From assembly GCA_045807245.1 (NCBI GenBank), contig JBJMHS010000011.1, positions 1 through 64,000 of the forward strand: a stretch of DNA of 64,000 nt, written 5' to 3'. Source of the DNA: Actinomycetales bacterium. GTDB taxonomy: Bacteria > Actinomycetota > Actinomycetes > Actinomycetales > CAVURS01. This document shows positions 1 through 9,744 of the stretch, piece after piece. The notes under the pieces are model-generated. The model was given only the letters and a program-made list of their open reading frames with translations. It made no database searches and was not told the origin of the DNA. Position numbers and translations under genes: made by a program. The stretch's first letter is position 1, and each line of letters opens with the position of its first letter.

Positions 1-2771
1 AGGGCCTGCCGCAGTTCCCTCCGCGAGGTGACGTCGAGCTTGGGGAACACCTTGTGCAAGTGGTACTCGACCGTGCGTGGGCTGATGAAGAGCTGGGCGG
101 CGATCTCGGGGTTGGTCAAGCCATCCGCGGCCAGTCGGGCAATCTGTGCTTCCTGAGGTGTCAGCACGCTCACCGTGTCCGCGGTGCGTGTGCGCGCGGT
201 CTGGCCGGTGGCGAGCAGCTCGCGGCGGGCGCGCTCTGCGAAGGCCGCCGCTCCGAAGCCGGCAAACAGCTCGTGGGCGGCTTCCAGCTGCCGGCGGGCG
301 TCGACTCGACGGTTCTCCCGACGCAGCCACTCGCCGTACACCAGCTGGGCCCTTGCCCGGTGCAGGGCGACGCTGTCCCGACTGAGTCGGGCGATGGCCT
401 CTTCGTACAGGGCTTCCGCCTCCCGTGTTCCGGTCAGCAAGGCGCGCGAGCGCGCTTCGACCCCGAGTGCCCAATCGGTCTTGCTGGCCTGCGTCCGTTC
501 GGCGAGGCGGTCCAGGGCAGTGACCGCGAGACCCGGCTGTCCGCTCCGCGCCGCCGCCTCGACCAGTTCGATCAGAGCCAAGGCGTACAAGCCGAGTCCG
601 TCATGGGCGCAGGCCGGGACGGCGGCTGCGAGCGCATCCTCGTAACGACCAAGGCCGTTGAACAGTACGGCGCGCGCGCAGCCGGCCATGCTCGACGCCA
701 GCCGCTGTCCGCGGGACGCCGCATCGTGGTCGGCAGCATCAAGCAGAGGAAGGGCCTGGGCCACGTCCCCCCGGTAGGCGGCCAACATCGGTAGTGCGTT
801 GACCAACGGCGCCGTTCCGGTCAGCTGCGAGATGGAGGCGGACTCCTCGATCAGGGTCGAGGCCGCGGTGAACTCCCCGGCATGAACATGGACGCCGGCC
901 CGGAAGCTGGCCGCGATCGGCAAGATGCTGAGCGCGCCTGACTCACGGGCCAGACGAAGCCCCCGCGTGGCCAGGTCGCCCGAAACCCGCTCATCCCAGA
1001 GGTCGAAGGCGATGCGGCAGGCCAGCCACAGCCAGCGGTTCACCTCGGGCCTGTGCTCGTCGGCGCGCTGGATGGTGTCCAGCGCAACACGAAGCGGCGG
1101 CACGCCGGCGTCAAATCCCTTGGTGAACACTGTCGCCAGCCCGCGCGCCAAGGCGTCGACGGCGTCGGATGGCTGGGCCGACGTTGGCGCGGCCAGGGCT
1201 GCCACGGCCACGCGTTGCACCTCGGGGTCGTCGCCGGGATGACCGGCGTACATCGCAGCCGCCAAGGCCTCCAGCCGGCTCTCCTGAGCCAGCTCCGTCG
1301 GGAAGTCGGCGAGGCGGTTTGCGGCACCGAGTAGCAAGGGCAGCGCATCGCTGCCGCGACTGACGGCGAGCGCGATCTGCGCTCGGAGCCGCTGTGACAG
1401 GGCGCGCTGATAGTCATCGAGCGGGCACAGCTCGGCCGTGTCCAGCAGCGCGGACGCCTCCTCGGGGGCGGCCGCGTCGATCTTGGCCTGCGCGCCGGCG
1501 AGGGCTCGCGCCCCCCTGAGAGCGGGTTCAGGCGTCAGCTCGGCGGCTCGCTGCAGGAAGGCGGCGGCCGCCGCAGCGCCCCCGCGCCCTTGGGCACGCG
1601 TCGCCGAGCGCTCCAGCTCACTTGCCACTGCCTCATCCAGACCGACGGTGGCCTGGGCCCGATGCCAGGCCCAGCGATCAGAGTCCGCATCGGCGTCCGT
1701 CGCGTCAGCCAAGGCGCGGTGCACCCGCTGAAGTTCGCCGGGCGAAGCCGAGCGATAGACAGCCGAGCGTACGAGCGGATGGCGGAACTGGACGCGGATC
1801 CCGAACTGGACGAGCCCGGCCGCCTCGGCGGGGACGGCCGCCTCCGGACCGATCCCGAGTCGCTGGGCGGCGCGCCAGAGCAGAGTGACGTCGCCCAGTG
1901 GCTCAGCCGAGGCCAGTAGCACCAGTTCGCTCGACGCGGACGGCAGCGATGCGGCCCGGCGGGCGAAGACATGCTCGAGCTGCCCGGCCAACGACCCTGC
2001 AGGAAGGGCGAAACCACCGGCCAGGTCGGCCGGAGTCATCCCGCGCGGTAGTTCCAGCAAGGCGAGCGGGTTTCCCCGCGTCTCGGCGACGATTCGGTCC
2101 CTGACCCGTTCGTCGAGCCGACCGGGGATGCCCGACGACAGGAGAAGGCGAGCCTCACTGTCCGACAGGCCCCGGACCAGCAGTTCGGGGAATCCGGCCA
2201 GCTCCGAGAGGTCGCTGGGCTCGCGGAGTGCGAAAACCATGGCGACCCGCTCCGCCAGAAGGCGACGGGCCACGAAGGCCAACGCTCGGGCTGACGCCCG
2301 ATCAAGCCACTGTGCATCGTCGACCAGACATACGAGTGGGGTCGCCTCACCAGCCTTCGAAAACAGACTCAAGACCGCCACCGCTACGGCGAAGGGTTCC
2401 GGCGTCTGGCCCGCCTCGAGCCCCAGCGCCACCTGCAGCGCATCGCGTTGCGGCGGCGGCAGCCCGGCCACGCCCTCCAGCATCCCCGTGCACAGCTGAT
2501 GCAAGCCGGCGTACGCGAGCTCCATCTCCGACTGCACGCCCACGGCGCGCACGACGCGGCAGCCCGACGCTTGGTCGGCCGCATAGTCCATCAAGGCCGA
2601 CTTACCGATACCCGCCTCTCCACGGAGCACCAGCACAGCGCTCTCACCTGAGGCGACACGACGCAGTAGCCCGTCCAGCAGGTCACACTCACTGCGCCGC
2701 CCACGCAGCAACGGCGCCCAGCGCGCACCGGCGGAGGGTCCGCGCCGGCCGGGGGACGAGAGACCGGCCAA
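1..2771 (-). CDS. LuxR-family regulator with N-terminal AAA ATPase domain (3' end runs off window)
   Basis: Manually translated (absent from ORF track because no stop in window): GGAGG + TTG at 2771, Walker A GEAGIGKS, Walker B LVDDAQW, C-terminal LuxR HTH LTPQEAQIARLAADGLTNPEIAAQLFISPRTVEYHLHKVF. Confidence 0.93.
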   Translation of the reverse strand, partial: MAGLSSPGRRGPSAGARWAPLLRGRRSECDLLDGLLRRVASGESAVLVLRGEAGIGKSALMDYAADQASGCRVVRAVGVQSEMELAYAGLHQLCTGMLEGVAGLPPPQRDALQVALGLEAGQTPEPFAVAVAVLSLFSKAGEATPLVCLVDDAQWLDRASARALAFVARRLLAERVAMVFALREPSDLSELAGFPELLVRGLSDSEARLLLSSGIPGRLDERVRDRIVAETRGNPLALLELPRGMTPADLAGGFALPAGSLAGQLEHVFARRAASLPSASSELVLLASAEPLGDVTLLWRAAQRLGIGPEAAVPAEAAGLVQFGIRVQFRHPLVRSAVYRSASPGELQRVHRALADATDADADSDRWAWHRAQATVGLDEAVASELERSATRAQGRGGAAAAAAFLQRAAELTPEPALRGARALAGAQAKIDAAAPEEASALLDTAELCPLDDYQRALSQRLRAQIALAVSRGSDALPLLLGAANRLADFPTELAQESRLEALAAAMYAGHPGDDPEVQRVAVAALAAPTSAQPSDAVDALARGLATVFTKGFDAGVPPLRVALDTIQRADEHRPEVNRWLWLACRIAFDLWDERVSGDLATRGLRLARESGALSILPIAASFRAGVHVHAGEFTAASTLIEESASISQLTGTAPLVNALPMLAAYRGDVAQALPLLDAADHDAASRGQRLASSMAGCARAVLFNGLGRYEDALAAAVPACAHDGLGLYALALIELVEAAARSGQPGLAVTALDRLAERTQASKTDWALGVEARSRALLTGTREAEALYEEAIARLSRDSVALHRARAQLVYGEWLRRENRRVDARRQLEAAHELFAGFGAAAFAERARRELLATGQTARTRTADTVSVLTPQEAQIARLAADGLTNPEIAAQLFISPRTVEYHLHKVFPKLDVTSRRELRQA

Positions 2772-2921
2772 GGACCACCTCCAACCGGCTGGAACATGCT
2801 CGGTGCATCACGCTAACGGCGCCCTCGGTGGTTTCCCTCAGCAGGTCACTTCCAAAGGGAGCCCGGGTTAGCGTTCTTGGTGTGTGGCGGCACATGCGCA
2901 AGATGACGGCGGGAGGCTTCC

Positions 2922-3350
2922 GTGGTGACCTCCACCGGGGATGATCCGCCGGCTCGCCGCGCGGAGATGGGCGAACAGGCCGACTACCACGTCGCTGCCC
3001 AGCGCCGGCGACGGGAGCGAGAGGCCGTCGAGGCCCAGGCGCTGATCGACGCGTTCATCGCACAGGCCGTTCGGGTCGGCCTCCCCACCGAGGAGCTGAC
3101 CGCCCGGCCTTGGTCGGGGAGCGGGAGGTACCGCACCGGCGTCGTGGGATGGTTCTTGCGCCGGGACCGGTCGATCGGCATCGACACCGAGGGCCGCTTC
3201 TATATCCTCAGCGTCCCGCCGCAACGCTTCGGCCGGTGGCGCACGGTGTCGATCCAGCCGACATCCCCACTGCTTCAACCAGGACAGGGCGGTCGCGACG
3301 GCGAGACGGCGTCGTTGGAGACGCTCCTCCGGTTGCGGCTCTCGCTGTAG
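2922..3350 (+). CDS. hypothetical protein
   Basis: GGAGG RBS before GTG; protein-like composition; fills intergenic gap. Confidence 0.65.
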   Translation: MVTSTGDDPPARRAEMGEQADYHVAAQRRRREREAVEAQALIDAFIAQAVRVGLPTEELTARPWSGSGRYRTGVVGWFLRRDRSIGIDTEGRFYILSVPPQRFGRWRTVSIQPTSPLLQPGQGGRDGETASLETLLRLRLSL

Positions 3351-3406
3351 TCGCGGCCCGACCCGCGCTGTCCCGGAACAGCCGCAGGTCGTCCAGGGCA
3401 GCGACG

Positions 3407-4825
3407 CTACGCCGCGGCTGCCGATGCAGAGATCTCCTCGACCGGCGCCGGTCCCTCAACGGCAGAAGCATGCCGGTGGCGGGAGATGCCCAAGGCTGCC
3501 ACGGCGCCGAGTAGGGAGATCGTGGCCGCCGTGACCAGCGCCGGCTGGTAGCCGGACAGGGTCTGGGCCGGGCTGTCCAGCGAGCCGTGCGCGTCGAACA
3601 CCACGGTGACGACTGCGACCCCGATGGCCTGTCCGATCTGCTGGACGGTGTTGAGGACGCCGGCCGACCGACCCAGCAGGGCCGGAGGAGCGGCGTTCAG
3701 GCCGGCGGCCGACGGTGCCGGAAGAGCCATCGAGATGCCGACCCCGGCGAGCACGAACGGGACGACGAACCCGGCGTACCCGGCGTGCACGTGCGCCTCG
3801 TGCAGCAGCCAGAGGAAGCCGAACGCCTGCAGGACCAAGCCCGGGCCGGCGAGGGCGCGGGCGCCGAGCCGGTCGACCAGCCTGCCGGCGATCGGAGCGA
3901 CCAGGAGCGGCGTCATCGTCCACGGCAGGAACCGCAGCCCGGTGCCGAGCGGTGAGTCACCACGCGCGATCTGGAAGTACTGACTGGTCATGTACGCCGT
4001 CGCGAAGATCGAGGCGGCCATCAGGAACTGGGTGAGCGACGCGGCCGCGAACGTGCGCGAGCGGAACAGCGACAGCGGCACCATCGGCGCCGGCGCGACG
4101 GACTCCCAGCCGACGAACCCGGCGAGCAGCAAGACCGCGAGAGCCAACGCGACGAGCACCTCGGTGGACCGCCAGCCCGCTTGCGGAGCTTGCAGCACAC
4201 CCCACACGAGCGAGCCCATCGCACCCGAGGCGGTGACCATCCCGATCGGGTCGAGTCGCGTTCGTGGGCCGTACGTCTCGGGCAGGACCCGCAGGACGGC
4301 CACGATGGCGGCGATGCCGAGCGGCACGTTCACCCAGAAGATCCAGTGCCAGTCGAGGCCCTCGGTGACCGCGCCGCCGACCAGTGGTCCGGACGCGACA
4401 CCGAGGCCGGCGACGCCGCCCCAGATGCCGACGACCGCGCCGCGGCGGTCGCGCGGGAACGACGACGTCAGGAGGGTGAGCCCGAGGGGCATCACGACCG
4501 CCGCGCCGAGGCCCTGCACGGCCCGGAAGCCGATCAGGAGCCCGAGGTTGGGCGCGAGCGCGCACGCGGCCGAGGCGAGGCTGAACAGCAGCAGCCCACC
4601 GACGTACGTGCGTCTCCTGCCGAGCCGATCGCCCAGCGCGGCTGCAGTGATGATGCCCGCGGCGAAGGTGAGGGCGTAGGCGTTGATGATCCACGGCAGG
4701 TTGCCGGCGCCGCCACCGAGGTCGGCATGGATCGACGGCAGGGCAGTGACGACGACCAGGGCGTCGAGAGTGATCAACAGGTAGGCGCCCGCGGTGAGCA
4801 GGACGGTCAGCCGGCGGTGGGGCAT
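3407..4825 (-). CDS. DHA2 (EmrB/QacA-type) MFS efflux transporter
   Basis: About 14 hydrophobic segments, motif A LGDRLGRRR, WxWxFxINVP-type motif WHWIFWVNVPLG. Confidence 0.93.
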   Translation of the reverse strand: MPHRRLTVLLTAGAYLLITLDALVVVTALPSIHADLGGGAGNLPWIINAYALTFAAGIITAAALGDRLGRRRTYVGGLLLFSLASAACALAPNLGLLIGFRAVQGLGAAVVMPLGLTLLTSSFPRDRRGAVVGIWGGVAGLGVASGPLVGGAVTEGLDWHWIFWVNVPLGIAAIVAVLRVLPETYGPRTRLDPIGMVTASGAMGSLVWGVLQAPQAGWRSTEVLVALALAVLLLAGFVGWESVAPAPMVPLSLFRSRTFAAASLTQFLMAASIFATAYMTSQYFQIARGDSPLGTGLRFLPWTMTPLLVAPIAGRLVDRLGARALAGPGLVLQAFGFLWLLHEAHVHAGYAGFVVPFVLAGVGISMALPAPSAAGLNAAPPALLGRSAGVLNTVQQIGQAIGVAVVTVVFDAHGSLDSPAQTLSGYQPALVTAATISLLGAVAALGISRHRHASAVEGPAPVEEISASAAAA

Positions 4826-4877
4826 CAAGGTTCCTCTCCTGCACCGGCAACCGGGTGTCGCCGGAGTACGAAAGGGC

Positions 4878-4942
4878 AGACGGGAGGTACGCCGGGAACT
4901 GGGCGCCCTGCGACCGCCCAGTTTTCGGGCCGGGCTTCGTCT
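4878..4942. promoter_or_regulatory. two back-to-back putative ECF promoters CGCCCAGTT-N14-CGTCT
   Basis: Identical bipartite motif and spacer length at 4905-4878 (-, toward MFS) and 4915-4942 (+, toward sigma). Confidence 0.65.
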
Positions 4943-5004
4943 ACCTCTTCAGCAACCGCTGTCGCTGGGCTGCGAGAGGGTCGAGGAGAGACGAAGGTGA
5001 TCAC

Positions 5005-6018
5005 ATGGACACGGACCTGCTGTCGCTCGCGCGCAAAGGCGACGAGGATGCGTTCGGCGAGCTGGTCGCGCCGTACCGACGTGAGCTGCTGGTGCACTGC
5101 TACCGGGTGCTGGGGTCGCTCCAGGACGCCGAGGACGCACTGCAGGAGACGCTCTTGTCCGCCTGGCGCGGCCTCGACAGCTTCGAGGAGCGGTCCTCAG
5201 TCCGCACCTGGCTCTATCGCATCGCGACCAACCGCAGCCTCGACGCCGTGCGCGCCATCGCCCGTCGGGACGACCCGATGACCACCCGGATCAACGGCCT
5301 CGTGCCGCCGGACCCGACCCATCGCGGCGAGGTGCCCTGGCTCACGCCGTACCCGGACGACCTCCTCGACCTGCCCGACCCGACGCCCGGCCCGGAGGCC
5401 GTGGTGGAGTCGCGCGAGGCGACGTCGCTCGCGTTCGTTACCGCGCTCCAGCTGCTCCCTCCGAGGCAGCGGGCCGTCCTGATCCTGCGCGACGTCCTCG
5501 GCTACCGGGCGGCCGAGGCGGCCGAGGTCCTGGACACGTCCGTGGAGTCGGTGACCAGCGCGCTCAAGCGCGCTCGGGCCACCCTCGACTCCGACGAGAC
5601 GCTGTCCGAGCGTCGGGCGCAGCCGCCGGCACCGGCCGTGGGCTCGCCGGAGGAGCGGCAGCTGATCGAGGCGTACGTCGACGCGTTCACCACTCATGAC
5701 GTCGACAAGCTGGTGGCGATCCTGAGCGAGGACGTGTGGCTGAAGATGCCGCCGCTCCCTCTGGAGTACCACGGCCGCGACGCCGCTGTCGGCTTCTTCC
5801 AGGCCGTCGTGCACCCGCGGACCCGCCCGCTCCGGCTCGTCCACACCCGCGCGAACGGCTGCCCGGCCAGCGGGATCTACGCCCGCGACCCGGCGACCGA
5901 CACCTGGCGGGCCACCGGTCTGGTGGTGGTCGTTATCTCGGGCGACCGCATCACCGAGCTGACCCGCTTCGAGGTCGGCGTGATGGCCAGCTTCGGGCTG
6001 CCGCGGATCCTGTCCTGA
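5005..6018 (+). CDS. ECF sigma-70 factor with C-terminal SnoaL-like domain (SigG-like)
   Basis: Region 2 HCYRVLGS..DAEDALQE..AW..WLYRIATN, region 4 LPPRQRAVLILRDVLG, SnoaL-like tail with MPP motif. Confidence 0.9.
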   Translation: MDTDLLSLARKGDEDAFGELVAPYRRELLVHCYRVLGSLQDAEDALQETLLSAWRGLDSFEERSSVRTWLYRIATNRSLDAVRAIARRDDPMTTRINGLVPPDPTHRGEVPWLTPYPDDLLDLPDPTPGPEAVVESREATSLAFVTALQLLPPRQRAVLILRDVLGYRAAEAAEVLDTSVESVTSALKRARATLDSDETLSERRAQPPAPAVGSPEERQLIEAYVDAFTTHDVDKLVAILSEDVWLKMPPLPLEYHGRDAAVGFFQAVVHPRTRPLRLVHTRANGCPASGIYARDPATDTWRATGLVVVVISGDRITELTRFEVGVMASFGLPRILS

Positions 6019-6024
6019 CCGGCG

Positions 6025-6933
6025 TCAACGCGTCGCGTCACGGTCGAGTTCGGCCAGTGCGATACCGACCGTCTCGATGCTATGGGCGGTCATGGGGTCC
6101 AGCACGAGCTGTAAGTGTGTGGCGCCGGCGTCCGCCAGCCCGTGCACGTGCTCGCCGAGGTCCTCGGGCGTGATCGTCCTGATCGCCGCGTCGTAGGTTT
6201 CGCCCATCAGCCGGCCATGGCCGCCCGGGAGCGTGACCATCACCGCTGCCGTCGCCTCGACGGACCTCCCTTCCGGCGTCACGGCGTCGACGCCGGCCTT
6301 GATCTCTGCGAACCGCTCGACGGAGTTGTCGTAGATGCTCCACCAGACGTTCCACGAGTCCACCACGGGCAGCCCGATGCCCAGCATGCGCGGGCTGTTG
6401 GAGCCCAACATGATTGGCGGCCCTCCCTCGCGGACCGGACGGGGGTCCAGAACGCAGTCGTCGACGTCGTAGAACTCGCCGTGGAACGTCGTCCGCCCCT
6501 CCCGCAGCAGCGGCGCGATGATCGCCAACGCCTCCTCGAAGCGGGCGACCCGCCGGTCGTAGGGGAAGCCGAACGCGTCGTACTCGCGGCGGTTCCAGCC
6601 CGCCCCGAGTCCGACGATGAGCCGGCCCTGAGAGATCGCGTCGACGGTGGCGGCCTGCTTGGCCAGCATCGGCGGCGCGTGGAAGCTCGTCGACGCGACG
6701 AGCGGCCCGATCTCTACTCGTTCCGTGACCGCCGCGATCGCGGCGAGCGTGGTCCACGCTTCGTAGGGACCCCGCGTCGACCCGTCCGGCAGGTCATAGA
6801 TCAGGTGGTCGCCCACCCAGACCGAGTCGAAGCCCGCCGCCTCCGCTCGCCGCGCCAGGTCGAGATACTCCGGCCACGAGACGAACCTCTCCACCTCGGG
6901 CAGCTGAACACCGACCTTGCAGGGGCGCGCCAT
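6025..6933 (-). CDS. LLM-class (luciferase-like, flavin/F420-dependent) oxidoreductase
   Basis: AEAAGFDSVWVGDH, LAKQAATVDAISQGRLIVGLGAGW motifs. Confidence 0.9.
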   Translation of the reverse strand: MARPCKVGVQLPEVERFVSWPEYLDLARRAEAAGFDSVWVGDHLIYDLPDGSTRGPYEAWTTLAAIAAVTERVEIGPLVASTSFHAPPMLAKQAATVDAISQGRLIVGLGAGWNRREYDAFGFPYDRRVARFEEALAIIAPLLREGRTTFHGEFYDVDDCVLDPRPVREGGPPIMLGSNSPRMLGIGLPVVDSWNVWWSIYDNSVERFAEIKAGVDAVTPEGRSVEATAAVMVTLPGGHGRLMGETYDAAIRTITPEDLGEHVHGLADAGATHLQLVLDPMTAHSIETVGIALAELDRDATR

Positions 6934-7000
6934 GGGGCAACCCTAGGAGCCGGCGCTTCGAGCCGTCGCGCGCAACCGACTCGAACAACCAGATGCGACA

Positions 7001-8098
7001 ATGCGATCCATGGCTGGTGGTTCGGTTGCCCGGCGGATCACCGCACGTGACGTCGCCGAGCGAGTGGGCTGTTCGGTGGCGACGGTCTCTTTGGTGATCA
7101 ACGGCAAGGCCGACGGACGCGTGACTCCCGAGACCCAGCAGCAGATCCGCGTCGCGATCGCGGACCTCGGCTACCGGCTGAACACGACTGCGAGCGCGCT
7201 GGCGCGAGGCGAGTCGAACGCCATCGCCTTCGTCAGCCCAGACCCCACCAACCCGTTCTTCTCGATGGTGCTCGAGGGCCTGACGGAGGCGCTGGACGAG
7301 CGTTTCGCGTTGACCCTGCTCATGCCGAACCACGGCAGTGACTACGACGTGTCGACCCTCCAGCGCGCGCTGGCCGGTGACTATGCAGGCCTCATCATCG
7401 CCAGCCCGGGCCGCCATCTGATGACGGGCTTCGTGCCCACGTGCCCGACGCTCCTGCTGGACGCCGGCGGGGACCTCGGCGATTTCGCCAGCATCGACCT
7501 CGACGTCGACGCCGCCGCCCGTGACCTGGCGGCGCACCTGGTGGGGCTGGGACATCGGCGCGTGGGCTACGTCGGCGTCAGCCGCGACAAGGCGTCGCTC
7601 CAGCACCGGCGTCAGTCTCTGGCCGAAGGGCTGATGGGACACGGCGGGAGTCTGGTCCCCGATGACCTGGTTCTGCCGGAGATGACGATCGCCGCGGCCC
7701 AAGACGGGTTCACCGGTGTTTGGGCCACCTGGGACGCCGCTGGTGTCACCGCCGTCGTCTGCGGCGACGAACTCTACGCGTACGGCGTTCTGAACGCATG
7801 TCGGGACCTCGGAGTCAAGGTTCCGGAGCGCCTCTCGGTCGTTGGCTTCAACGATCTGCCGTACTCCGGGTTGCTGGACCCGCCACTCACGACGGTGAAC
7901 CTCTCGGCGCGGGCCCTCGGCGCAGAGGCGGCCAGAGCCCTGCAGCGCTACATCAGCACAGGCCGACGCCCGCGGACCCGCACGCTGCCCGCGTTCCTGG
8001 TAGTCCGAGGCTCGACTGCCGCTGCAGCTTCGAGGGAGGTTCTCATTGGGCCGGGCCGTCGAGAGCGAGGTAGGCCTGCGCCACTTGCCGATCGATGA
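7001..8098 (+). CDS. LacI-family transcriptional regulator
   Basis: HTH ITARDVAERVGCSVATVSLVIN; C-terminal VPERLSVVGFND..PPLTTV; start may be 7010. Confidence 0.93.
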   Translation: MRSMAGGSVARRITARDVAERVGCSVATVSLVINGKADGRVTPETQQQIRVAIADLGYRLNTTASALARGESNAIAFVSPDPTNPFFSMVLEGLTEALDERFALTLLMPNHGSDYDVSTLQRALAGDYAGLIIASPGRHLMTGFVPTCPTLLLDAGGDLGDFASIDLDVDAAARDLAAHLVGLGHRRVGYVGVSRDKASLQHRRQSLAEGLMGHGGSLVPDDLVLPEMTIAAAQDGFTGVWATWDAAGVTAVVCGDELYAYGVLNACRDLGVKVPERLSVVGFNDLPYSGLLDPPLTTVNLSARALGAEAARALQRYISTGRRPRTRTLPAFLVVRGSTAAAASREVLIGPGRRERGRPAPLADR

Positions 8099-9197
8099 AG
8101 CCGGGTACCGGCACAACGACGGCGTCCGGATCGACCTGACCGGTCGCTACGGCCTCGAGGCAACGGGCCTGGAGGGCGAATCCCAGGTCCATCGACTCGA
8201 TCGAGTTGCCCAAGGGATGGGGCCCGGCCAGGTTGACCATGTGCCCGCCGGTCAGCAGGTGCACCTCGCGTCCGTCGCTGAGGGCGTAGGTCGTGATCCC
8301 ATCGGCCGGCTCGCTGACCGTCGTCACGCGGGCGTCCGCCGCGATCCGCTCGACGGCGATCTCATTCGGGAAGTGCCCGGCATTGAGGAGGATCGCGCCA
8401 TCCTTGAACAGGTCGAGGTCCTTGTCCGTGACGACGTCCTCGGCCCCCGTCACAGTGACGACGATGTCCGCCTCGGCGAGCGCGGTCTCTCGCGCCGGCA
8501 CGGGGAAGCCGTCCAGGTTCGCCTGCAGGCGGAGCACCGGGTCGGTCTCGACGACGGAAACGGCGGCAAAGCCGTTGCGGAAGGTCGCGGCCACCCCCTT
8601 GCCGCATGCGCCGTAACCGAACACGACGACACGCCGGCCGTGCGTGGCCCGGTTGGTGATCCGCATGAACGACTCGAAGACGCTCTGCCCGACCGCGTGC
8701 TCGTTCTCGGCGAACTGCTTGATGGGGCTGTCGTTGATCACGAGGATCGGCCGGCGCAGACGCCCCCGCAGCGGCTCCAAGCGCATGCGACCGGACGTCG
8801 TCTCCTCCGTGCCGCCCAACAGGGTGGCGTACGGCGCCTCCAGGTAGCGGGTGAACAGGTCGCCGCCGTTGTCCAGCAGCAGATCCGGCCGGTGAGAGAG
8901 GACGCCCCCCACATACCCGTCATGCTCGGCCGGGTCGCTGGTCGGCCTCCCGACGACCTCCACGTTGCGCGCAGCGAGATATGCCACGGCTTCAGGCTGC
9001 GTCGTGTTGAGGTTGCCGGTGGCGATCACCCGCGCGCCACCGACCTGGAGGGTCAGCAGCAACGCCACCGTCTTCGGCTCGAGGTGGATCCCGGTCCCGA
9101 TCATCATGTTCTCGAACGGGCGGGTCTGCGCGAACTCGGAGCTGATGGACTGGAGCAACCGACAGCTCTGAGCCACCCACCCGATCCTCGAGGTCAT
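8043..9197 (-). CDS. divergent adenosylhomocysteinase (AhcY)-like protein
   Basis: EETTSG, INDSxxK, GYGACGKG Rossmann motif, NAGHF, VNLAG; strong GGAGG RBS before ATG 9197. Confidence 0.88.
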   Translation of the reverse strand: MTSRIGWVAQSCRLLQSISSEFAQTRPFENMMIGTGIHLEPKTVALLLTLQVGGARVIATGNLNTTQPEAVAYLAARNVEVVGRPTSDPAEHDGYVGGVLSHRPDLLLDNGGDLFTRYLEAPYATLLGGTEETTSGRMRLEPLRGRLRRPILVINDSPIKQFAENEHAVGQSVFESFMRITNRATHGRRVVVFGYGACGKGVAATFRNGFAAVSVVETDPVLRLQANLDGFPVPARETALAEADIVVTVTGAEDVVTDKDLDLFKDGAILLNAGHFPNEIAVERIAADARVTTVSEPADGITTYALSDGREVHLLTGGHMVNLAGPHPLGNSIESMDLGFALQARCLEAVATGQVDPDAVVVPVPGFIDRQVAQAYLALDGPAQ

Positions 9198-9266
9198 CGT
9201 CGTCCTCCTGCCGTCACGGCTGTCCGGGCTGGTCGTCATCTGTCGTCCGAGTGGTGGAGTCGCAGC

Positions 9267-9731
9267 TCAGAACCGCTGCCCTGAGGCGCGCGTCGGCGGG
9301 CTGAGTGGGACCGCCTCCGGCAGGCCGGGTGCTCGTTCCAGTCGCTGGCGCAGCCACCCGTCGCCGTACCAGGACGACTCGTGCTGGATCAGCCCGTCAA
9401 CGACGTGGAAGACGTCGACGGCATGCAGGAAGAGAGTCGTACCGGTCGCATCGACCCCGTCGAAAGGGGCAGCGACAGTGACGTTTTGGGCCCACTCGAC
9501 AACGGCGGTCGGGCCGTCCACCAGCAGCCTGATCGGCTGGTAGATGAGGCCCGGCAGGGCGGAGTAGTACATGTCGAGATAGGCAGTGATCTGCGCCCGG
9601 CCGCTGAACGCCTGCGCCAAGGTGACGTCCTCCAGCACGCCATCGTCAGCCCACCAGCGCATGACGTCGGCCAGATTGCCGCTTGCGGCATCGGCGAAGA
9701 TCCCGTCGATGACGTCCCGCGTGCTCAGCAC
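9267..9731 (-). CDS. SnoaL-like / NTF2-fold (ester cyclase-like) protein
   Basis: WADDGVLED..GRAQI..Y..VDGPTAVVEW..VVDGLI pattern; start uncertain. Confidence 0.8.
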   Translation of the reverse strand: MLSTRDVIDGIFADAASGNLADVMRWWADDGVLEDVTLAQAFSGRAQITAYLDMYYSALPGLIYQPIRLLVDGPTAVVEWAQNVTVAAPFDGVDATGTTLFLHAVDVFHVVDGLIQHESSWYGDGWLRQRLERAPGLPEAVPLSPPTRASGQRF

Positions 9732-9744
9732 TGCGCACTCATCG

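Noticed and set aside
54..794. 246-aa plus-strand ORF and other fragments across 1-2800
   Set aside because: Antisense shadows of the minus-strand LuxR-AAA gene, which the track missed because its stop lies outside the window
9726..9742. Out-of-frame ATG with RBS before the SnoaL gene (possible frameshift)
   Set aside because: An in-frame GTG at 9731 gives a complete domain; insufficient evidence for a pseudogene
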